NCBI GenBank assembly: GCA_964016885.1
Contig: OZ024743.1
Coordinates: 331,390,001 to 331,454,000 of the forward strand
DNA: 64,000 nucleotides
Reading direction: 5' to 3'
Source of the DNA: Eledone cirrhosa
Lineage: Eukaryota
The position numbers were made by a program, and so were the translations under genes. The notes beneath the pieces were generated by a model. That model was not told the origin of the DNA. It saw only the letters and a program-made list of their open reading frames with translations, and ran no database searches. This document shows, piece by piece, positions 53,425-64,000 of the stretch. Position 1 is the stretch's first letter. The number at the start of each line of letters is the position of its first letter.

Positions 53425-53482
<58 letters not shown>

Positions 53483-54412
53483 TTCATCAGTATCTCTATA
53501 TATATATATATATCTATTTATATCTATATATATATTAAACATAAATGTGTACATTTGTATATATATATATATATATATATGTTCATCAATATCTACATTT
53601 ATATCTATATATCTTACATGATTATTATTTTTAAAGTGATATTTGTCTCATTTCTAACATCATCATCATCATCATCATCACCATATTCATCATCACAAAC
53701 AACAACTATCACTGCTGCTACTGCCCAGATTTTATTGTAAAAGTCTACACCAATTCTTATTGAAAATAGAAATGATACTTTGAAAAGATGTAGTAAACTT
53801 TATAACCAACCAGCCAGAGATAGGAAAAAAAATGAAAAAATGAAAATATGAGGTAAAATTGGAAAATGTTATACCTTGCAGTCTATATTAATTTTTTTTA
53901 TATATATTTTCAATACATCATTTTTGATTGTTTTGTTTTGTTTTCATGTGTTTTTTTCCGTGCCTTATTTTGTTTTTTCCTTCAAGAATATTTCTTTCAA
54001 AAGCAATCAGATTTTGAATTTGCAAGTGCATTTTGTTATTTATAGAATCTTCTCTGAACATTGCCAAATGTTATCAACAAAACTAGAATAAACCAATATT
54101 GTGTGCAAAATATAAGAAAGAACAAACAAAAACAGTTCTAAAACAAACACTTACACGCTTGTGTGTGTGTGTTTGTGTGTGTCCCCAACATTTATACACA
54201 GAGAAACACATTTGTGTGGGTGTGTCACCAACATTTTTTGTCTTGTTTTTCATTCATAATATATATGTATGTGTGTATTTTTAGATGCAAACATTATATG
54301 TGTGTGCATATGTATATATATATATATACACACATGGGTGCATTTGTGTGTATGTGTGTCAACAACATTTTTTCTTTTGTTTTTCATTCATTCATTCATT
54401 ATATATATAAAT

Positions 54413-54478
<66 letters not shown>

Positions 54479-55595
54479 ACATATACATACACACACAAAC
54501 ACTCAGGGATTCACTGAAGCAGAGAAGTACATTTTTCATATCTCAGTTGATATAAAAGGAATGATATATTTCATAAGATTCCATCTTACCTGTGTGTCCA
54601 TTAAATAAAACCAGTGTTTTTTTTTATATTTGGCTAAATTTCTTAATATGATTTCTACAGTCTGTTTGGAATTAACAATTTACGTACCAACAGTAACAGA
54701 AGCAGCAAAACTAGATTCAATTTTGCCTTGAATTTAGTAATATAGATTTATCAGTGGAGGTGCATGGCCAAGTGGTAAGGGTGTTGAACTTGCAATCATA
54801 ATGTTGAGGGTTCGATTCTCTGACTGGGTTGTGTGTTGTGTTCTTGAGCAAAACACTTCATTTCACATTGCTCCAAAATGAGTACCAGAAATAGCTGGGG
54901 ATTTAACCTTGTGATGCACTGGCATCCTGTCCAGGGGAGTCTTGTACTCTCAGTCATTTCATGCCACAGAAACCAGGAGAAGCACTGACCTGATGAACCT
55001 CTGTACTTGAGACAAACTTTTGACTTAGATTATATGACACCTGTGTGAGAGCCCAATGCTGCATGGACAGTGAATGTGGACAATATGTAAGGATAGGACA
55101 GGAATGAATTAAGCATGTTCTGATAAAAACACAGAAGAACTGAGAGAAAAGCTTGAAGGATATGTGATGTGTATGGATGATGATGTTTTCAGTGAAGAAA
55201 TGCCAGAAATTCACAAGTGGAAAGATGCTGTGAAAGAGGAAATCTAGGGTTGAAGTGATAAGAATTAACTTTGTGATAGACTGGCATCCTGTCCAGGGGG
55301 GTCTTGTATTCTCAGTCACTTCATGCCACATAAACTGGGATAAATATAGGCCTGGTGAACCTCTGGACTTGAGACAGACTTTCAACTTAGTATAGCTTAA
55401 TGGTTAACATGTTTTTTGACTTACATTCTTAAAGTCTTAGCTTTGATTCTAGGTAGCAAGTTACATCCTTGAGCAAGACACTTTATCATATACTTTGCTC
55501 CAGTTTATTCAGCTGGTAAAAATTAGTTCTACTTATAATCCAAAGGACCAGTCATGTTACACACTTATGTTGAATCTCTGGGAGAACTACATTAA

Positions 55596-55820
55596 CCCTT
55601 TAGTATTTACATTACTCTATATTTACTATTATATTTTCATGGTAAAATCTTTACCTCACATAATCATCTCACATAATATGGAATCTACAAAATTTTGATA
55701 TTATTTATTTTGAGAACAATACCTTAACATCAGTATGAGCAGCCAGTTGCAGCCGATTTGAACAAAAAAAAATAGGTGAGAGAATTCTGGCCAGATACAG
55801 CCAGTTTAAATGCTAAAGGG
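55596..55820. mobile_element. piggyBac-type MITE inserted into a SINE
   Basis: TTAA|CCCTTTAGTATTTA...TAAATGCTAAAGGG|TTAA; the flanks rejoin to resemble the uninterrupted SINE at about 39020-39130. Confidence 0.85.
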
Positions 55821-55952
55821 TTAAGGGTACACGTGTCTGTGATATGTTCAACTATTTACATGTTAAATTTACAATCTGGTTGTTCTGTTGATCAAACAAC
55901 TGGAACAATCATCGTCACAACTGACTGAGGTCCAACAAAAAGAGGTTTATAA

Positions 55953-56142
55953 TAATTGTTTCTACTTTTGGCACAAGGCCAACAATTACCCAGTACATTA
56001 CTGGTACTTTATTTTATCGACCCCGTAAGGATAAAAGGCAAAGTAAACCTCGGCAGGATTTGAACTCAGAATGGCAAGGGCCGTAACTCTATGCTGCAAA
56101 GCATGGCGTCCGACCCTCTACCGATACTGCCAATCCACCGCC
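55953..56142 (-). mobile_element. Full-length Nin/Deu-like SINE
   Basis: Minus strand ggcggtggattggcagtatcgg...gagttcaaatcc...tagaaacaatt. Confidence 0.85.
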
Positions 56143-57799
56143 TTAAAGAGGTTTATAATAATCAATACTGATTTTGTATAAAATTTGGGGATGCTGTATC
56201 CTGCAGACAGAGTTGGGAGGAGGGGCAAGCAGAGCTGTATAGTAGAGACCAAGCTATGGGGGGAAATCATGGTGTGTGGAACATGTAGGACTCTGTGGTA
56301 TAGACAGGGCTGTGAGGTATAGGAAAGGCTGTCTTGTACAGGCAGGACTGTGGGGTGAAAGCAGGTAGGGCTGTGCATGAAGCAGATAGGGCTGTCCTAC
56401 AAACAGTGCTATATTGTACAAGCAGAGTTGGGGAGGGGTAAGGAGGGTGTGTGTAGCTTGTAGGGCTGTGTTGAACAGACAGGGCTGTTGGGTGGAGGTA
56501 GGGTTATATGGTTAACTTTTTGATACAAAACCATCTTAAACTTCCCCTGGTTCAAATATACAAAACTATTTTAAAGCATCATTTCTCATGGTTGGCTACA
56601 CACTGCACCAGTGAATTGAGGAAACAATGGAGCATGGGATTTCAGGTGGGGTATATATGTAGTGAAATCTGTCCACACCTTGACCCCTGGGTGATGCTTA
56701 ACGGTCAAATTCTGGGTTACCTCTGGATTACCTCCTTTTTGGCATAAACAAGTTGATGCATGGGTGATCCCTTATGGCAGGGGGAAGAGGAAGCAACAGA
56801 TATAAATAGCCTGTCTTAAACCAGGCAAAAGGCATTTCTTGACAGAATAACAATGTAAAACATTTGCTTTCTACATCCTTTTGGGGTCTACAGACTTCTA
56901 CAGACCTTTTCTCTCTCTCTCTCTCCCCTGGTCTTACAGGCTCTCACGTTCTCTGGCCACAGACTATTTCACCATAACAGCAAAAAATCGTCAACCTTTA
57001 TAACTTGTAGTAACTTTGTTTATTTATTAACTGAAGTGAAGTAAATTTTATATCAAAACGAAACTATTTTATGTTATTTAACCTCTAACAACATTTACTA
57101 ACCATTGCTTCACTTCATATATACTATATATTATACAATATTATATAGAGTTCAAATCCCACCAAGGTTAACTTTGCCTTTCATCCTTACGGGGTCGATA
57201 AAATAAAGTACCAGTAATACACTGGTGAATTGCTGGCCTTGTGCCAAAAGTAGAAACAATTATAAACTACACTACATGCTACACTATATACTATACACTA
57301 CACTATAAATTATATACAACACTATACTATAATACACTATACATTGCACTACACACTATATACTATACTATAATATATACTACACTATACTATATAATAT
57401 ATACTACACTATACTATATAATATATACTATACTATACATTACACTATATATCATGGTGGAGTGCCTGTTTTTTTTTGTTTTTTTTAGAAAATCCAAGTG
57501 GGTCGTAAGGTAAAATTTGAGAAACACTGCTTTAAAGTGTTTATATTTAACTAAAAACTTTCCATCATAATTTTTCATAAGATAACATTTGTTAAGTTAT
57601 GTTCCAAATACCAACTTAACAATGAGAAAGTTAGTTATATTACTAGATCCTTCCAAATACTTGATTATTTTCTAAGTAATTTAAAAATTAAAGGCAGTGT
57701 CATTCATTAGAAATATAATGTTGAAAAGTTTAAAAGTTTCCTTTACAACTGGTTAGATCTCATTGCATGGCATCTTGAGTAAGTCTCTTCTACAATAGC

Positions 57800-58370
57800 C
57801 TTGAGAAAGGCAATGGTTGATACAGCTTGGCACCAGTGATGTAACTCATTTCTACAGCTGAGTAAACTGGAGCAACGTGAAATAAAGTGTCTTGCTCAAG
57901 GACACAACACACCACCTGGTCCGGGAATTGAACTCACAACCTCCCAATTGTAAACCTAACACTCTAACCTCTAAGCCATGTGCCTTCACATGCATGTTAA
58001 TTATACATAAATATATTGTATATGCGTTTATATTACCCCCCCCCCCCCACGCCCCCCATTTCAGTCATGAATGACCATAGGATTTACAGCTAGAGAATTC
58101 CTCCTCCGAGGCACAAGTCTGGGCAAGGTTGTTAATGGACGACCACACATACCAGTCTTCCTTCTCCATGCCACCATTGTTGTCCAAAGGAAAGGCAATG
58201 GCTGATACAGCTTGGCACCAGTGGCGTCACACCTCATTTCTACAGCTGAGTAAACTGGAGCAACGTAAAATAAAGTGTCTTGCTCAAGGACACAACTCAC
58301 TTCCCAATCTGGGAATTAAACTCACAACCTCACGATTGTAAGCCTAACGCTCTAACCACCAAGCAGTCAC
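57800..58370 (-). mobile_element. Two adjacent tRNA/CORE-like SINEs
   Basis: Repeated ctacagctgagtaaactggagcaacgt..aaataaagtgtcttgctcaaggacac blocks. Confidence 0.8.
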
Positions 58371-58761
58371 ATATATGTTTATGTCCCTTCACATATATGT
58401 TTATTATACATAAATATATTGTATATGGATTTCTATATGCATCTATAAACTTGTTGATACTATAAAACTTTAGATACCTCAACCTGGCTCTTATTTTCTA
58501 ATAAATCTCAGAATCATTTGCTGTAAAAGTATCTTCTATTATTTTCTTGTGATTAAAGTTTGGGGTTTTATGTTCAAAACTGGAATAAATTGGTTTGTCA
58601 GGATGAAGACAAGGAAGAGTGTAACACTCCAGGCAGTACCATTTATTGGAGACAGATGTTTTCTTATAGAACCGAATAAATAGATTTCCAATCTGTTTAT
58701 TTAGTGCTATCAGAAAATCATATCTATATATCTATTTATCCATCTATCTATCTATCTACCC

Positions 58762-58801
<40 letters not shown>

Positions 58802-58812
58802 TGAGATAGATA

Positions 58813-61800
58813 ACTTTCTTTTTATTTGCCACCAGGGCATCAAAGAGTGGGACAAGTACAATGGGGGGAGTTTACAAAAAAAGGCGTCCTCAATAAGGAG
58901 GAGGCAATAACAAAATATAAAATTATAAAAATATAAAATATAACTAAAATAAATTGAATAACAAAATCCTCAATAGCGACGAGGCGCCTTGGGGGTTGCA
59001 CACACCCCCGAAAAAAGTGTGCAACCCTTCTCCTCAGGAGCACAGAGAGAGGGTGCTCCCTTGATCTTTCATCTTCCTCACCTACAGTATGATGTAGAGT
59101 GAAGGCCCATTCACACGGGCCATTCTCGCCACTTTCACCCATCTTTCATAGAAACGGCTGGGGTGCAGCACCTCTCTCTCCATCCTGATCCTTCTTCCGA
59201 AATGATATCGGAAGAAACGGACCAGTTGTTGGCCAGAGAGAAAGGTGTCTGACCTCAGTCCTTTCAGACGCGTCCACCATACAACCTCTTTCGCCATGGC
59301 TATTACGCACAGAAACACCGCCTCTGCTTCGTTTTTGAAGAGGGGAGGCGGCTTGATCGTTACAATAGACTCGGTGGTCAACCGGATCGGTCCCACCCGT
59401 GACAGCAGTCGTTCGACATAGCCCCAGAGATCGGCAATGCCCGAGCAGTGTACCAATGCGTGTGCAACGGTTTCCTTGTCGCACACGCATCTAGGACAGA
59501 TCTTTTTCGAGGGGTCTCTACTCGGGCGCCCGTGTCTGTAGAGCCTTTCTTGAACGGGCAGAGCCCCTCGGTAGCGCTGCCAGGCCAGGGACCTCTGGAA
59601 GTTATCCATAGGTCCCGGGCTGAATGTCCTACCAAACAGGTTGGCCAGTTCGTTTTCCTCCATGCCTAGGGCTTCTCCGAGGGTGTCGCCACACCTGCTA
59701 ACCACCAGCCCTCTATAGAGTGACGAGGTAGATTCTCCACTGACAGCCGGGTCCGCCTGCCAGAGAGCCGTGAGTGCCTGGGCACACTCGGTGTGCCAGG
59801 TGCCCAGTTCTCTGGGTCTTTGCTTGACCCAGGATTGCAGCTCGGTGAGCGAGACGAGTCTAGGAAAGGCTCGCCTCACAAACGGGGGCCCACACCGGTT
59901 GACCGGTGAGGAATACCTGGAGGTGCCGTAGCCTTAATGCGTGTTTACGCATCATCAGCTCCGGCATCCCCAGCCCTCCTTTCGAAGGGTCTTGACAGCA
60001 GATGGATCTCCTCACCATAGGAGCCCGCTTCTTCCAAAGGAATTGGAAGAGTGAGCGCTCCATTTTGGCGAGCGTTTCCCTTGGGCAAGGCACGACGGTC
60101 AGGCGGTAGTAGATGACGGACGCTATATAAGTGTTCGCCACCTCCGCCCGACCTTTCAGGGACAGTTTGCACTCGGCCCACTTCTGGGTCAGTGCAAACA
60201 CCCTGTTCGTTACCTCACCCCAGTTCTTCTCCACCTGGAGGTCTGGTCCGAACCAGACCCCGAGCAACTTCACCGGGCCCTCCGTCCAGAGCCTGACGAC
60301 GCCATCGGAGGGCATCGATTTGCCCCTCCACGTGCCGAGTTGCAGACCGATTGACTTGTCCCGGTTCAGCTTAGCCCTTGTAAACCTTTCGTACTACTCC
60401 AGTAAGGTGCAGATCGCCCCGATTCCGAGGCGGTTGACACCATTACTGTTACGTCATCGGCGTAGGCCGACACAGCTTTCCGCAATCCCGGTTCCAACGG
60501 GATGCCCTGCAACAACTCCAACTTCCGCAGCAGTGGCTCTAGAGTCATTACATACAGAAGGGAGGAGAGTGGGCACCCTTGTCGGATGGACCGCGCGATT
60601 TCGAACGGCTCCGAAAGGTAGCCGTTGACCTTGACCCTAGAGCAGATGCGGCTGCTGTGCATGGCATTGATCCAGCCCCTGAAAACGGGTCCGAAGCCTG
60701 CCGCCGCTAGCACCGCATCCAGGTAACCATGGTCGACCCTATCAAATGCCTTAGATTGATCCAAGTTGATCAGGGCCCCACCAAAGCCAGGATCGTTCCC
60801 AACCCTCTCTATGATGTAACACATGAGGTGGCGGTTGTCGTGGATGGACCTGGACGGTATAGCACATGTCTGCGCACCTCCCACCAGGTTACCCACGACA
60901 AGCGCCAACCTCTTTGCTAGCACCTTGGCCAAAATCTGTAACTCTGTATTTAGCAGAGTTATGGGCCTGAAATTATTTATATCGTCCCCCTTGTTCTCGT
61001 CCTTCCTCACTAGCTACGCCCTTGGTCACAGCACATGGAATTCTCCCGTTCTGTTGCCAGTTGCAGTAGACCGCCTCGAGGAGATCGGGGAACAAGTCCG
61101 GCATAGCTAGATATAGTTCGTATGGAAGATCATCGAGACCCGGGGATTTGCGTTTGCCGCATTGGCTCAGCACGTCCTCTATCTCAGCGGCTGAAATCGG
61201 CTCCTCGCAGGACTTTGCCTCCCTGTCCGAGAGACGCGGCAGGCCGTTGAGGTATGGACCGAAGTCCACGTCCCCAACTGGTTCCTCGCACCTTCCGAAC
61301 AATCTGGCAAAGTGCTTTTGAAAAGCCTCGCACATCTGTTTAGGTTCAAGGATCACCCGTCCATCCTGGTCTCGCGGAGACCAGATAGTGGGTCTACTCC
61401 CTCTTTTGGCTTCTGTTACGCGGGCCCAGCTAACAGCTTTGGTCCCCTCGTTTCCCAGAGCACGTATTTTGCTTCGGACAATGCAGCCTTTGTGTTTCGC
61501 GTCGAAGAACTGGCCCAGGGCCGTTCTCGACGCTAGCACTCTGGCCACGTCGCCGTTTCTAATTGCCTCTTCTACACTGTCTACCAACTCCCTTTCCTTC
61601 CTATTTCTATTTGAGGCTAACTCCTTACTAAATTCTATAGAGACTACTCTAATCTCTCTTTTGAGAGATCCCCTCCACCTGCTGTTGACGATGGCGCCCG
61701 TCAACCGCTCCTTAACTAAAGTGCTAATCCGGTCCCTGTAAGCCTTACTTGCCGGTAAGGACAAGTTGAGCTTCCAGTAACCAGGCCCCTGTCTATGCAT

Positions 61801-64000
61801 TCTGTCAAGGTTGACCATGCAGGTCACTAACTTGTGGTCTGAATAGCCAACCATGCGCATTTTTGGACAACTCAAAAAGTCCTTATCCTTATTTCTAACT
61901 AAGAACCTATCTAGGTACGACCTAGATGATCCGCTGCGGTTTGCCCAAGTCCAGGTTGGCGCAGTCGGAAAATCTAGTCGATATCTATTGGCCAGGTCAA
62001 ATCGACCGATTAACCCTTTGAGGCTGTTACACCCCTCTCTATCGGGACAGGCCCCTACGTAGTCCCAACGCTCATCTAGGATACCATTCCAGTCCCCACT
62101 AATATCAAGGAGCGGGATATCCCTAGAAAAGTCTCCAGACGATGGAAGAAGTCCGGCCGCGTTGACCCGAAAGGGCCGTAGATGGCTACCAGCCTAAACG
62201 CTCCGCCTTCACCACTGCCAAGGTCCAGAACCACTAGTCGACCCTCCGGGTCCAAATGTACCGTCTGTGTTGCGAGACCCAGATGTTTTTGCAGCAGAAC
62301 AACAACCCCACCCCCACCTCCGGGCTGACAGATAGATGCGTGCATCTCAAAGTCATCAAAGGTGGTGGCCAGCTGTCGCACATTGCTGATCCGGGCCTCA
62401 CAAATAACCATCACATCTATACATTGTGACCTGAGGTCATTTAGAAGCATTGCTTGCTTGCAAGTTGAGCCCAGGCCACGCGCATTTAGACAGTCTACTC
62501 TTAGCATAGCCATGTTGGTGGTGAAGAGAAAAGGCACTTACCTCTCTGCGTCCCAGGTATCGGGCTGCACAATTTCCATAAGGGTGGGGGATGGCTATTG
62601 GGTAGTGTGTTGGTTTGTGGAAGTGTAGGGGCATCAGTGTGTTGTGTGGTTGGGGTGTTTGGAGTTGTGTGGGTGTTTGAGGAGGGGGTGGGGCAATTTT
62701 TTTAGGACACGGTTAATGGGCCCGACGCAGGGGGGGGGGGGGGGGGGGCACGTCCTCTTTAAAGTTGTTTTTTAGTGTTTTATATGTCTCCTCTGGGGCC
62801 TTAATCATTTTGAGGTGGGGGAAATCCCCTGCCTGGGTGATGTTAGGCCCTTGGGTTTTTACTAAATTGTTGTTGTATATAATGTTTAGCAGTTTTTTAT
62901 TTCTTGTGTTTATGTATGTGTATGCATGTTTTTGTTTTTGTGTGGTGTTTTTTGGTTTGCTGTTGTTGTGTGCTCTTTTGTGTTGGTGTCTGTGTTATGT
63001 TTTGGGGAGGGGTTGTTTTCATTTGTGTGTCTGAGGTGTGTTTTCTTTTTTTTCTTTTGATTGTGTGGAAGTGCTCCTCATCGTCTGACGACGAACGAGG
63101 GTCATCTTCCGCGTTGGAGTGGAGGGGTAGATTTTCGGGTTGTGTTTGTGGTGCGGGTGTTTCGGAAATTGTTTATTTTTTTGAGTGGGGGGGATGGGTT
63201 GGACAGTGTTTTGTTTTGGTTTAAGCTGTACTTGTTGTTTTTGTAGTGGTGGTTGTGGTGATTGTATTGGTTGTGCAGTTGTTGGGGTTTTCTTTTTAAG
63301 TTGAGGACAGACGGCTCTCAGGTGACCTCTGGCTCCACAGAGGTAACACGAGGGCCGCCTACCCTCAACGGTAATGTTGATAAAAGTTTGGTCATCCAGT
63401 ATGACGCATTCAGGGATCTGGGTGATCCTTTCGGGCCTCATTTGAACTAAAAGTTCGAGGCCCGTTCCACTGAACGCGTCACCCGATGCCTTTCCCATGG
63501 ATATTAATATGTCATCGTTCAGGTCAAGAAAACCTGTTAACACCCACCATATGTCCATAATTGGAAGAATGGTGTGTATTTTTATTTTCTGCGTCCTTCT
63601 ACCCATGTACGTAGTGTATGCGGTGGATGTAATAGGTTTTACCGAAAGTTTTTTTGCCATGTCCTGGTCCTTCATGAGAATGGATAGACTCCCGTAGAGT
63701 CTATCCTTTTGTATGAACAGAATGTCTTTCATTACATCTTTTAAGACCAGCTCTATCTCACTCTGTGATGGTTGAGCTGGTCTTTTCGTTTTATTTAACA
63801 CTGTCCTAAACATCACTGTGTTTAGGAGTCTTTGGCTTTTTAGTTCCAGGGGGAGTGGATCGAAAATGATCCATTTTCCTCGTACACTATGTATTTTTTG
63901 GCATCTGCCAGTAGCTCCTTCACTTTGCTTATTTCTACTGGCAGATAGTCGAGGGTTTTCCTTGCCGTCTGGGTGAAGGAGACCTTTTCCTTGTTTGTGT
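58813..64000 (-). mobile_element. Near-full-length but disrupted L1/Tx1-clade LINE (continues beyond the window)
   Basis: ORF1 63019-63816 with CCHC knuckle CYLCGARGHLRAVC. ORF2 in frameshifted pieces: endonuclease (LNARGL, SDHK, GPGYWKLN), RT (NFRPITLLN, DQSKAFDRV, IRQGCPLS, AYADDV), GGLG, C-terminal CPRC..ETVAHALVHC. AATAAA near 58820. Confidence 0.96.

Noticed and set aside
54585-54700. Strong minus-strand donor CAG|gtaaga
   Set aside because: No convincing acceptor or ORF; a lone donor match is expected by chance.

Overview
AT-rich, microsatellite-saturated eukaryotic DNA. The SINE repertoire and (TA)n/(CA)n density suggest an octopod cephalopod (inference). Almost all short ORFs in the supplied track are microsatellite artefacts. 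Real coding potential is limited to non-LTR retrotransposons (several RTE copies carrying a PHD-type finger, one CR1-clade RT, two L1/Tx1 copies, a CRE-like endonuclease relic) and two candidate minus-strand host exons at the left end. Also present: tRNA-derived SINEs (CORE-like, Nin/Deu-like, RTE-tailed), piggyBac-type MITEs, a non-autonomous Helitron and minisatellites. The main hidden signal is non-coding. At least 8 separate loci (10 motifs, counting two inverted duplicates) fit the type I hammerhead ribozyme layout, intact or with 1-2 core substitutions. They are unrelated outside the catalytic core, mostly have a long stem II, and lie in short elements beside (TA)n tracts, often as fold-back (inverted) or ~510-530 nt partial-tandem arrangements. 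This looks like a diverse Penelope-pLTR/retrozyme population. All calls come from manual reading; no folding or database search was run.
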